Positions 1 through 9,173 of a DNA stretch of 64,000 bases are shown here, in pieces (position 1 is the stretch's first letter; each line of letters opens with the position of its first letter). The notes below the pieces were generated by a model. That model searched no databases, was not told where the DNA came from, and was given only the letters and a program-made list of their open reading frames with translations. The translations under genes were made by a program, and so were the position numbers. This stretch comes from Planctomycetota bacterium (GTDB taxonomy: Bacteria > Planctomycetota > UBA1135 > UBA2386), in NCBI GenBank assembly GCA_965228735.1, contig OZ245838.1:6528001-6592000 (forward strand), read 5' to 3'.

Positions 1-1002
1 CGCGAGCTGGAGATCGCGTTCGCGCAGATTCCCGACGGCGGCGGTGACGGATCGCGGCACTGTCCGCCGTGGCTCGTCGATCGCCTGTTCCGTCATCTGT
101 TGGCCGACGCGTCGGGGAACACGCATCGGACCGAGTTCTGCATCGACAAGCTGTACTCGCCCGATTCGGCGAGCGGGCGACTCGGACTGCTCGAGCTGCG
201 CGGTTTCGAGATGCCACCTCACCCGCGCATGAGCCTCGCCCAGCAGCTGCTCGTGCGGGCGGCCGTGGCGCGGTTCTGGGATGCGCCGTACCGCGCGCGT
301 CTGACCCGCTGGGGTACGACGCTGCACGATCGGTTCCTGCTCCCGTACTTCGTGCGGCGGGACTTCGAGGCAGTGCTGCGCGAGTTCTCGGACCACGGAC
401 TGCCGCTCGAGTGGGCGTGGTACGCGCCGCAGTTCGAGTTCCGGTTTCCGCGCGCCGGCGAGGTCACGGTCGACGACGTGCAGCTCGAGGTGCGGCATGC
501 GCTCGAGCCTTGGCACGTGCTCGGTGAAGAGCCGGGTGGCGGCGGCACGACCCGGTTCGTCGATTCGTCGCTCGAGCGCGTGCAGGTCATGCTGACGGGG
601 CTGTCCGACGTCGATCGGCACGCGCTGGTGTGCAACGGGGTCCGGGTGCCGCTCACGGCGACGCACGTACGCGGACAGGCCGTGGCCGGAATCCGATTCC
701 GGGCGTGGCAGCCGCCGAACTGCCTGCACCCGACGATCGGCGTCAACGACCCGCTCGAGTTCGAGCTGTTCGACGAGGTGGAACAGCGCGCGCTGGGCGG
801 TTGCGCCTACCACGTCGCCCATCCCGGCGGCCGCAGCCATGAGGCGCCGCCGACCACGGCCTACGAAGCCGAGGGGCGTCGGCTCGCGCGGTTCGTGCCG
901 TTCGGCCATACGCCGGGTCGGGCGGCGCCGCGCGCGGTGGACCGTGACCCAGAGGGCCCGATCACTCTGGATCTGCGACAGGCGGCGCGAGCAGCACGCT
1001 GA
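1..1002 (+). CDS. DUF2126 (putative amidoligase) domain protein, C-terminal part; 5' end lies outside the window
   Basis: Frame is open from base 1 (RELEIAFAQ...PPWLVDRLFRHLL..GNTHRTEFCIDKLYSPD..GRLGLLELRGFEMPPH..RAWQPP..LHPTI), motifs typical of transglutaminase/DUF2126 proteins. Confidence 0.85.
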   Translation, partial: RELEIAFAQIPDGGGDGSRHCPPWLVDRLFRHLLADASGNTHRTEFCIDKLYSPDSASGRLGLLELRGFEMPPHPRMSLAQQLLVRAAVARFWDAPYRARLTRWGTTLHDRFLLPYFVRRDFEAVLREFSDHGLPLEWAWYAPQFEFRFPRAGEVTVDDVQLEVRHALEPWHVLGEEPGGGGTTRFVDSSLERVQVMLTGLSDVDRHALVCNGVRVPLTATHVRGQAVAGIRFRAWQPPNCLHPTIGVNDPLEFELFDEVEQRALGGCAYHVAHPGGRSHEAPPTTAYEAEGRRLARFVPFGHTPGRAAPRAVDRDPEGPITLDLRQAARAAR

Positions 1003-2809
1003 GTCGCAGGGCGCGCGCGAGCGTGACCAGAGCGCGACGTCCCGCCTCGCTCGTGCCGTGCTCGTTCACGCCCGGCGCGAATACCGTGATCCCGGCGCAG
1101 CCCGGCGACACCGCGACGATGGCGCCGGAGATGCCGCTCTTGGCCGGCAGACCGACATCGAAGGCGAATCGCCCCGACTCGTCGTGCAGGCCGCATGTGT
1201 ACATCACGCTGAGCGTCTGGCGAACGACGGCCTGGTCCAGTAGGCGGTCGCCCGTGGCCGGATCCAACCCGCCGCTGGCCAGAACGGCCGCCATGCGCGC
1301 GAGCTCGGTCGTGCCCGACCGGATCGCGCACTGGTGGAAGTAGAGCTCGAGCGCATGCTCGACCTCGGCGACGACGCCGTGGGCGCGCAGCAGGCTCGCG
1401 ATCGCCCGGTTGCGGTCGCCGCCGACCCGCTCCGCGGCCAACACCACGGCATCGACCTCGAGTCGGTCCACGCCGGCGAGCCTGGCGAAGTCGCGGAGCT
1501 GTGTCGCGACGCGGTCCGCCAACGCCGCGCCGGGGACGGTGCTCGCCACGGCGATGGCGCCCGCGTTGCCGAGCGGGTTGTGTGGCCGGTGCAGGACGGG
1601 GTCGAGGAAGATCTCGTGGAACGGGTTCCCGCTGGCCTCGACGCCTGCGAGTTCGCGGATCCGGTCGCCGCCATGCCGTTCGAGCGCCAACGCGTGGCCG
1701 AACACGTTCGCGGCCGCCTGCATCGCAAAGCGGGTCGCGATCCCGGCCTGGACCACGACGCCGGCGGTCGTGACGAGGCTGATGTCGACCTCTTCGTCCC
1801 GGGCGACGGTCTCGACGAGGGCTTGCAATGCCGGCCCATCCGGCAGGGTCGGCTCCGCGCGCGGTGCCGGCGGCACGTTGCGCGGCGAGAAGATGTGCAA
1901 CCCCATCGACGTCGACAGCTCACGGAGTGCGGCGACGCCACGGACCGGGTTGCCGCGGGCGTCGAGCCGCGGCGACCAGGCCGCGAGCCCCATTCGGCCG
2001 GGAACGACCGCGAAGATCGCGCCGGAGACGCCGCTCTTCGCCGGCAGGCCCACGTCGTGCAGGAACGCCCCCGCGCCATCGTACAGGCCGCAGGTCGACA
2101 TCACCGCCACCACGTCGCGCGCGACCTCCGGCGTGACGACCTGTTCGCCGCTCACCGGGTTGTGGCCGCCGTCCGCCAGCGTCGCCGCCATGACCGCGAG
2201 CTCGCGGCAGGTCACGAGGATCGCGCACTGCTGGAAGTAGAGGTCGAGTGCGGCGGCGACATCGACGTCGATGACGCCGTGATAGCGCAACAGGTAGGCG
2301 ATCGCGCGGTTCTGATCGCCCGTGTCCCGCTCCGACAGGTACGTCGCCGAGTCGACGTGCAGCTCGGCAGCCGCGAACTGCCCGAACGATCGCAGCATCG
2401 TCGCGATCGGCGCGTCGTCCGTTGCGGCGGCCAGGAGGCCCGATACCGCGATCGCGCCGGCGTTGATCATCGGGTTGTGCGGTCGGTGCGTACCGGTCTC
2501 GAGCCGCACGATGGAATCGAACGAGCGGCCCGTGGGCTCGACGCCGATCTTGTCGCATACCGCGTCGCGGCCGAGTCGCTGCAGGGCGCCGGCGTACGCG
2601 AACGGTTTGGACGTCGACTGCAGCGAGAACCGCGCGGCGCTGTCGCCGACCTCGGCGATCTCGCCACCAACGGTGCACGCGGCGATCCCGTACTGCTCCG
2701 GGTCGGCCTCGGCGAGCCGCGGAATGTAGTCGGCGACCGCGCCGTCCCGCAGCTCGGCGGTCCGAGCGAGCGCGTCCCGCAGCGCTTGTTGGAGGTCAGA
2801 CGTGGCCAT
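962..2809 (-). CDS. glsA: Glutaminase A with two tandem glutaminase domains
   Basis: ADYIP.LA, QSTSKPF, PHNPMINAGA, YFQQC, GLPAKSGVSG in domain 1; PHNPLGNAGA, YFHQC, GLPAKSGISG repeated in domain 2. Confidence 0.88.
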   Translation of the reverse strand: MATSDLQQALRDALARTAELRDGAVADYIPRLAEADPEQYGIAACTVGGEIAEVGDSAARFSLQSTSKPFAYAGALQRLGRDAVCDKIGVEPTGRSFDSIVRLETGTHRPHNPMINAGAIAVSGLLAAATDDAPIATMLRSFGQFAAAELHVDSATYLSERDTGDQNRAIAYLLRYHGVIDVDVAAALDLYFQQCAILVTCRELAVMAATLADGGHNPVSGEQVVTPEVARDVVAVMSTCGLYDGAGAFLHDVGLPAKSGVSGAIFAVVPGRMGLAAWSPRLDARGNPVRGVAALRELSTSMGLHIFSPRNVPPAPRAEPTLPDGPALQALVETVARDEEVDISLVTTAGVVVQAGIATRFAMQAAANVFGHALALERHGGDRIRELAGVEASGNPFHEIFLDPVLHRPHNPLGNAGAIAVASTVPGAALADRVATQLRDFARLAGVDRLEVDAVVLAAERVGGDRNRAIASLLRAHGVVAEVEHALELYFHQCAIRSGTTELARMAAVLASGGLDPATGDRLLDQAVVRQTLSVMYTCGLHDESGRFAFDVGLPAKSGISGAIVAVSPGCAGITVFAPGVNEHGTSEAGRRALVTLARALRLSVLLAPPVADPE

Positions 2810-4826
2810 CAATAACGGGTGTCACCCGCACCTCGATCTCCAGCTTCTCGCCGCCGCCACCGCGGTAGATCGTGCCGGAGGTCGGCGTGGCATCGCGGAA
2901 GTGCCGGCCGGATGCTACGCGGATGTGGTCGTGGTCGACGATGCACCCGTTGGTCGGGTCGAGGCCCTTCCAGCCGAGCCAGGGGAGGAACACCTCGACC
3001 CACGCGTGCGACGCGTCGGACTGCAGCTTGTTCTCGTAGTTGCCGCCCGTGTAGATGTAGCCGACGCGATAGCGGGCCGGGACGTTGAGCAGTCGCGCGA
3101 GACAGATCAGCAGGTTCGCGAAGTCCTGACAGACCCCGCGGCGGGTGGTGTAAACCTCGAACGGCGTCGTCTCGACGGACGTGATGCCCTGCACGTAGGC
3201 GTAGTCGCGGTAGATCGAGGTGTTGATGTCGAGCAGCGTCTCGACGATGTCGTAGTCCTGGCGCTCGACGAAGCTCATGGCGTAGTCGAACAGCTCCTGC
3301 AGTTGGGATTCGGGCAGCTCCATCGGCAGCAGGTACGGCAGCATCATCTGCCGCTGCCAGGGCATCCAGGACAGCGGCACGCTCGTGCGCCGGTGCGGGG
3401 AACGCAGCTCGCCGACGGGCATCGCGTGGACCCGGACGCGCGAACGCGCGACGAACGCCATCTTCGGCGCCGACCCCTCGATCTCGATACGGGTCGCGAA
3501 GTTGCCGAACACGTCCTCGTGCTCGAACTGCGCGGTGAGCGGTTCGATGTCGAGATCGTACGACAGCACCTCCTGGAACCGGTCGTGAACGGGCCGCACC
3601 CGCAGGACGTGCCGGCTGAACTCGACGGGCGTCTCGTACTCGTAGCGCGTCGCGTGCAGCACGTCGTACACGCGCACCGAGTCGGTCGGGGACGGCGCGG
3701 CATCGGGAGACGGCGCCGAGGGCGCGCCGGGCGCGGTGGGCGAGTCGGCCGAGGTCAGGGTCGGGTCGGGCCCGTTCGCGGCTGCTTCGCCCTCGGGCGC
3801 CGCTCCGGGACCGGTGGGCGGCGGGTCGTTGACGGCGGCCGGCGCCGCCGTCTGCTGCTGCAGTGTCGGTGCCAGCCCGGCCTCGGCCGGCAGGTCGAGG
3901 GGCCCGACGGGACCCGCCGCCGGCGCGGCTGCGGCCTCGCCCAAGATCGAGGAGGGCGGGACCGAGGAGGGCGGGACCGCGGAGGGTAGGGCCACGTCGG
4001 CTGTCGCCGGGGCGGTCGCGCTGTCCCAGAGGACGGCGCCGCGGCAGATGGCGAGCATCTGGCCGGGCGTCATCCGCTGCCAGTTCCCCGGCTCGTCGCC
4101 GGCGTCCGCGAGTTGATCGGTCGAGACCAGCACGGCCGTGCGGCTCCGGTCCCGAACGCCACCGAGGTCGAGTTCGACGTCGTCGCCCGTCAGGAGCGTG
4201 GCGGCGTGTGGCGGGCAGCGCCGCGTCCAGTGCATCGGTGCGTGGCCGCCCTGGTCCTGATACGCGACGAGATGGGAGCCGTCCGAGATCAGCATGTTGA
4301 ACGTGCCGACCTGGTTGGCCTCGCCGAGCCACGCATGCAGGCGCTCCCATCCGATCTCGGCCAGCCGGTCGATGTCGTGTTCGCGGCACCGCTGCAGCAA
4401 CCAGCACAGGACGTGTTCGGTGTCGGTCCGGCCAACGGGTTCGAAGGCCGGTCGGTCGCCGAGCGGCAAGGCTGCCGCGAAGCCCGCGTCGAGCTGGCCG
4501 TGGTGCGTCATCACCCAGTCGCGGCCCGCATGACTGCGCGCGAACGGGTGCGTGTTCTCCTGCGAGATCCGGGCCGCGGCGCCGCGCAGGTGACCGACGA
4601 ACACAGTCGAGCGGAACCGGGTCCAGTCGCGCAGCAGCTGCGTCGACGCGCCGTCGGAGGACGCGGCCGGGTCCTTGACGACGGTCGCGGCGCGGTCGCT
4701 CGCGGCGTACCAGGCCATGCCCCAGCCGTAGGGTCGCTGGCGATCGGCGCGATCGGCCCGCGTGTAGAGCAGCGTCATGAGCGGCGATGCCGCGGCGTCG
4801 AACGACATGCCGAGGAGTTTGCTCAC
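2796..4826 (-). CDS. Class II glutamine amidotransferase (YafJ-like Ntn hydrolase) fused to a transglutaminase-like domain
   Basis: GTG start overlapping the upstream TGA; MSKLLGMS, GWGMAWY, HLRGA, ENTHPF, GRTDTE in the N-terminal half; Pro/Ala linker; GVCQDFA, SHAW, DPTN (Cys-His-Asp triad) in the C-terminal half. Confidence 0.85.
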   Translation of the reverse strand: MSKLLGMSFDAAASPLMTLLYTRADRADRQRPYGWGMAWYAASDRAATVVKDPAASSDGASTQLLRDWTRFRSTVFVGHLRGAAARISQENTHPFARSHAGRDWVMTHHGQLDAGFAAALPLGDRPAFEPVGRTDTEHVLCWLLQRCREHDIDRLAEIGWERLHAWLGEANQVGTFNMLISDGSHLVAYQDQGGHAPMHWTRRCPPHAATLLTGDDVELDLGGVRDRSRTAVLVSTDQLADAGDEPGNWQRMTPGQMLAICRGAVLWDSATAPATADVALPSAVPPSSVPPSSILGEAAAAPAAGPVGPLDLPAEAGLAPTLQQQTAAPAAVNDPPPTGPGAAPEGEAAANGPDPTLTSADSPTAPGAPSAPSPDAAPSPTDSVRVYDVLHATRYEYETPVEFSRHVLRVRPVHDRFQEVLSYDLDIEPLTAQFEHEDVFGNFATRIEIEGSAPKMAFVARSRVRVHAMPVGELRSPHRRTSVPLSWMPWQRQMMLPYLLPMELPESQLQELFDYAMSFVERQDYDIVETLLDINTSIYRDYAYVQGITSVETTPFEVYTTRRGVCQDFANLLICLARLLNVPARYRVGYIYTGGNYENKLQSDASHAWVEVFLPWLGWKGLDPTNGCIVDHDHIRVASGRHFRDATPTSGTIYRGGGGEKLEIEVRVTPVIDGHV

Positions 4827-5821
4827 TGACCGACTCCGCCGGCCCGATCGGCCTCCTGCTCGGCGAGAGTGGGGTCGAAGAAGTCCGCGCGGACCTGCAG
4901 ACACAGGTTGGCGATGCCGTCGATCATGTAGGTGAGTTCGTCGTGGAGCGCGAAGCCGAAGAGCTGCGTGCCCGACTCGTGCCGCAGCCGGGTCCGCAGG
5001 GCGTCCAGCATTGTAGCCGACTCCTCGCCGCGCTTGCCGTCGCTCAGCTCGCGCACGTAGGCGATGGAATCGGCGGCGCGGACCAGGCAGTGGCGGACGG
5101 AGCGCGGCAGGTCGCGTTCGAGCAGCAGGAACTGAGCGACCGCTGCGCCGGAGAGCGTGAGCCCGCGCTTGAAGAACGACTCGGTCGCCGTCAGCGTCCG
5201 CAGCAGCGCGAGCCAGTGCGCGGCCTCGGCCGGCGACTCGCCCTGACTCGGGTCGGTCGGCCCGAGATGGTGGTGCTTGACGTCGAGCAGGCGAGCCGTC
5301 TGGCTGGCGCGTTCGAGCAGCATCCCGAGCCGCATGAAGTGGAAGGCCTCGTCGTGTAGGATCGTGCCGTGCGTCAGTGCACGCAGGAGCTCGACCTCCC
5401 GTCGGACCCGGGAGTAGAACTCGAGGGCGTCCTTCTCGAACAGCCGCCGCCCCTTGCCGTCCGTCAGCCACAGCCAGAGGCCGTTGATGGCGAGCCACAT
5501 CTCGAGGCTGATGGTCTCTCGGACCGTGCGGGCGTTCTCCCGGGCCAACGTCACCATCTGGACGACCGAGGCGAAGTTGTCCGGGTCCCAGACGAGGTAG
5601 TCCTGGACGATCTGGCCGTCGGTCGCGGCTGCGGCATCGTGGCGTTCGAGAAAGCCCGGCTCTTCGCCGGCAGCGATGAGCAGCGCGCGCCAGCTGTCCT
5701 TGGCCGAGACCTGCAGATCGAGCACGCTCGACAGGTTGACCTCGATCATGCCGGCCGTGCTGCCGGCACGTTCGAGATAGCGGTGCAGCCAGAAACAGTT
5801 CTCCGCGACGCGCGAGATCAT
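4823..5821 (-). CDS. Alpha-E domain protein (DUF403)
   Basis: MISRVAENCFWLHRYLERA, ARENARTVR, G..LERA.QTAR, PRSV motifs; ATGA overlap with the upstream gene. Confidence 0.9.
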   Translation of the reverse strand: MISRVAENCFWLHRYLERAGSTAGMIEVNLSSVLDLQVSAKDSWRALLIAAGEEPGFLERHDAAAATDGQIVQDYLVWDPDNFASVVQMVTLARENARTVRETISLEMWLAINGLWLWLTDGKGRRLFEKDALEFYSRVRREVELLRALTHGTILHDEAFHFMRLGMLLERASQTARLLDVKHHHLGPTDPSQGESPAEAAHWLALLRTLTATESFFKRGLTLSGAAVAQFLLLERDLPRSVRHCLVRAADSIAYVRELSDGKRGEESATMLDALRTRLRHESGTQLFGFALHDELTYMIDGIANLCLQVRADFFDPTLAEQEADRAGGVGQ

Positions 5822-7293
5822 GACTGCTCCTTCAGGACCCAGGTGTCCTTGGACCCGCCGCCCTGGCTGGAGTTGACCACGTACGAGCCCTCCTTGAGGG
5901 CCACCCTGGTGAGGCCGCCGGGCAGGACCCAACTCGACTTGCCCGTCACGATGTAGGGGCGAAGGTCGACCCGGCGGGGCGCGACCCCGCGCGAGGACCA
6001 CGTCGGGCAGGTGCTGAACTCGACCAGCGGCTGCGCGATGTAGTTGTGTGGTCTTGCCGCGACCTGGCGCGCCATGGCCTTGATCTCGGCCTTGGTCGCC
6101 GTCGGGCCGACGCACATGCCGTAGCCGCCGGCGCCCGCGACCTCCTTGACCACGAGATCGGCGATATTGTCGAGCACGTAGCGGCGATCGTCCGGTTCGG
6201 AGCAGCGGTAGGTCGCGACCTGCGGCAGCAGCGGTTCCTCACCGAGGTAGAACCGGATCATCTCGGGCACGAACGGATACATCGCCTTGTCGTCGGCGAT
6301 GCCGTTGCCGACGGCGTTGGCGATCGTGACGTTGCCCGCGGCGTACGCACGCATCAGACCGCAGACTCCGAGCGCGCTGTCCTCGCGGAACATCTCGGGA
6401 TCGAGGAACAGGTCGTCGACCCGGCGATAGACCACGTGCACGCGGCGGGGGCCCTGCGTCGTCTTGACCCACAGGCAGTCGTCGTGCACGAACAGGTCGC
6501 GACCCTCGACGAGCAGGCAGCCCATGAGCCGCGCGAGGAAGCTGTGCTCGAAATACGCCGAGTTGAAGATGCCGGGGGTCAGGACCGCGATGTTGGTGTC
6601 CGCCGGGTCGATCGGTGAGACCGAGAGCAGCGCCTCACGCAACCGCATCGCGTAGTCGTCGACCGTTTCGACCTGGGCAAGCTGGAAGATCAGCGGGAAC
6701 AGCCGCTTCATCACCGAGCGGTTCTCGAGCACGTAGGACACCCCGGACGGGACACGCAGATTGTCCTCGAGCACGACGAACTCGCCGTCCTGCCGCCGCA
6801 GCAGGTCGACGCCGGCGATGTGGACCGAGACGCCGTGCGGCTTCGTCAGTCCGCGCACCTCCGGCACGAAGCCGCTGCACTGCTCCACGAGCTCGCGCGG
6901 GATCCGTTCCGCCTGCAGGATCTCCTGATCGCCGTAGATGTCCTCGAGGAAGCGGTTGAGCGCGGTCACGCGCTGGATCAGCCCGCGCTCCAGGGGCGCC
7001 CAGTCGGCCGCCGAGATGACCCTCGGGATCAGGTCGAACGGGAAGGTCTTCTCCGTGCCCCGACGGTCGGAGTAGACCGAGAAGGTCACCCCGCCGCGGC
7101 GGAACGCCGAATCCGCGAGGCGCTGGCGCTGCCGGAAGTCACCGCGATCGATCTGGAGCAACAGGCGCGCGACGTGAGCCGCATCCGAGTGCGGCGATCC
7201 GTTCTCGTCGAACAGTTCGTCGAACGCGTCCGCGGGTTCGTATCCGTCGAGTAGCCCTGCCGCCGGCTCACCCCTGCGTGATCTGCCTGCCAT
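5818..7293 (-). CDS. Circularly permuted type 2 ATP-grasp protein (DUF404/DUF407)
   Basis: FPFDLIPR, LEDNLRVPSGVSY, NSAYFEHSFLA, YRRVDD.FLDP, GGLTRVAL, VNSSQGGGSKDTWV. Confidence 0.92.
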   Translation of the reverse strand: MAGRSRRGEPAAGLLDGYEPADAFDELFDENGSPHSDAAHVARLLLQIDRGDFRQRQRLADSAFRRGGVTFSVYSDRRGTEKTFPFDLIPRVISAADWAPLERGLIQRVTALNRFLEDIYGDQEILQAERIPRELVEQCSGFVPEVRGLTKPHGVSVHIAGVDLLRRQDGEFVVLEDNLRVPSGVSYVLENRSVMKRLFPLIFQLAQVETVDDYAMRLREALLSVSPIDPADTNIAVLTPGIFNSAYFEHSFLARLMGCLLVEGRDLFVHDDCLWVKTTQGPRRVHVVYRRVDDLFLDPEMFREDSALGVCGLMRAYAAGNVTIANAVGNGIADDKAMYPFVPEMIRFYLGEEPLLPQVATYRCSEPDDRRYVLDNIADLVVKEVAGAGGYGMCVGPTATKAEIKAMARQVAARPHNYIAQPLVEFSTCPTWSSRGVAPRRVDLRPYIVTGKSSWVLPGGLTRVALKEGSYVVNSSQGGGSKDTWVLKEQS

Positions 7294-7506
7294 TGGGCCG
7301 ACTAGACGGCTTCGGCGCCGTGAGTCACGCACGAACGCGGATTGCCGCCGCCCCCGCGGAGTGCGGTTCGGTGGCTACGGGATTCCCTCGATCCGCCCGT
7401 GGCACCGACCGGACTGCGTCGGGATGGACAACTGCCTCAATTCGAGAGCGGGTGCGGACCGATAGATCGCCGGGAACGCTCGCTCGGCGAGCAGGAGTCA
7501 AGCGCC

Positions 7507-8529
7507 ATGCTGAAGCAGCGGAAGAGCATCGTCGGTCTGGATATCGGCAGTCATTGCATCAAGGCCATCGAGCTTGCTCGCGACAAATACGACTACGTGA
7601 TCACGGGCTACGCCCAGATCGAGGTCAGCGACGAAGCGGGGCGGTCCGACGCCATCGCGGAGCTCATGCGGGCGGCGAAGTTCCGCAGCAAGCGCGTCGC
7701 GACGTCGGTGAGCGGCAAGAACGTGATCTTTCGCTACGTGCCGCTCGCCGACATGTCGCAGGACAAGTTGGTGCAGGCCGTGCGGGTCGACGCCGACAAG
7801 TACATCCCGTTCGACGTCGAGGACGTCGAGCTCGACGTGCAGAAGCTCGCGAAGGTCGAGGAGGACAACCCCGAGTCCGACGTGAAGTGCCTGCTGATCG
7901 CCGCGAAGAAGACGGTCGTCGCGGACCAGGCGCAGCTGCTCATGGAACTCGGGCTGCAGCCGGTCTCGATCGGCGTCGACGGCTTCGCCCTCGGCAACGC
8001 CTGGGAGCTCGGCGACGTCGTGAACCCCGGCATCCAGGAACCGGGTCGCACGGTCGCGCTCGTCGACATCGGCGCGACCAAGACGAGCATCAACATCATG
8101 AGCGACAACGTCTCGTGCTTCGCGCGCGAGGTGCCCATGGGCGGCCAGGACTTCACCAACGCGATCGTCCGCCGTCTCGGCATCGAGAGCCCGCAGGCCG
8201 AGCAGATGAAGCGCGATGCCGGTGACCAGGTCGACGTCGTCCAGGAGGCGATGACGCAGGCCATCGAGGACCTCGGCAACGAGATCAACCTGTCATTCGA
8301 CTTCTTCGAGAACCAGTTCGACGGCGAGGTCCAGGAGGTCTGGCTCACCGGCGGCTCGGCGCTGCTGCCGTTCCTCGAGGAGAGCTTCGAGAAGATCTTC
8401 GAGAAGCGGACCAAGACCTGGAACCCGATCGAGGGCCTGAAGGTGCGCGCCGACAACGTCGACGTCGAAGCGCTGAACCAGTTCGCCCCCCAACTCGCCG
8501 TGGCCGTCGGCCTGGCGGCGACGTCGTAG
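7507..8529 (+). CDS. pilM: Type IV pilus assembly protein PilM (actin-like)
   Basis: VGLDIGS, YIPFD, LVDIGA, GG.DFT, LTGG, AVAVGLA; RBS AGGAG upstream. Confidence 0.9.
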   Translation: MLKQRKSIVGLDIGSHCIKAIELARDKYDYVITGYAQIEVSDEAGRSDAIAELMRAAKFRSKRVATSVSGKNVIFRYVPLADMSQDKLVQAVRVDADKYIPFDVEDVELDVQKLAKVEEDNPESDVKCLLIAAKKTVVADQAQLLMELGLQPVSIGVDGFALGNAWELGDVVNPGIQEPGRTVALVDIGATKTSINIMSDNVSCFAREVPMGGQDFTNAIVRRLGIESPQAEQMKRDAGDQVDVVQEAMTQAIEDLGNEINLSFDFFENQFDGEVQEVWLTGGSALLPFLEESFEKIFEKRTKTWNPIEGLKVRADNVDVEALNQFAPQLAVAVGLAATS

Positions 8530-8550
8530 GAGCTGACGAGGACTACTGCC

Positions 8551-9165
8551 ATGATTCGCATCAATCTTCTTCCTGCCGAACTGCGGCGCGGCAACAAGCT
8601 CGCGCTCAAGGTGCTCGTCGCCGCGTTCGCCTCGGCTCTCGCGGTCAGCGCGTCGGTCGGCTGGTTCGGCATCGTCTGGTTCGGGCAGCTCGCCGAGGCC
8701 GAGCGCACGCTCGCCGCGGTCGAGAACAAGCTGGCCAGCAAGCAGTCGAAGGCCGCCTACTTCGACCAGCTCGAGTCCAACAAGCGCGACTACGCCCAGC
8801 GCGTGCAGACGATCCAGGACATCGGGAAGTCGCGTCGCCTCTGGTCGCGCTTCCTCGACGAGCTGATCGACGTCGTCAACAACAACGGCGACGACGAGCG
8901 CCACCTCGCGTGGTTCGACCGCATGCAGGTCAAGACGGACCCGAAGGGCGGCGCCCAGATCAACCTGCCGTGTCAGGTGCAAGGCGACGACAAGTCCCGG
9001 ATGGCGAGCTTCCACGACGATCTCGAGGTCGCGCCGTTCTCCGAGGGCATGACGAAGTCGACGCCGTCGTATCGCGTGGCGACCGACGACAGCCGCACGC
9101 CGGCCGTGTCGCTGAAGTTCCCGATGAAGATCGAGCTGCCGCCGCGCGGTTGCAAGAAGAAGTGA
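8551..9165 (+). CDS. pilN: PilN-like protein
   Basis: MIRINLLP motif, single transmembrane segment, coiled coil; follows pilM. Confidence 0.85.
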   Translation: MIRINLLPAELRRGNKLALKVLVAAFASALAVSASVGWFGIVWFGQLAEAERTLAAVENKLASKQSKAAYFDQLESNKRDYAQRVQTIQDIGKSRRLWSRFLDELIDVVNNNGDDERHLAWFDRMQVKTDPKGGAQINLPCQVQGDDKSRMASFHDDLEVAPFSEGMTKSTPSYRVATDDSRTPAVSLKFPMKIELPPRGCKKK

Positions 9166-9173
9166 GGTGACCA

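Noticed and set aside
4827..5498. N-terminal extension of the 900-aa ORF 2796-5498
   Set aside because: It overlaps the alpha-E gene in another frame; Ntn hydrolase similarity begins at GTG 4826.
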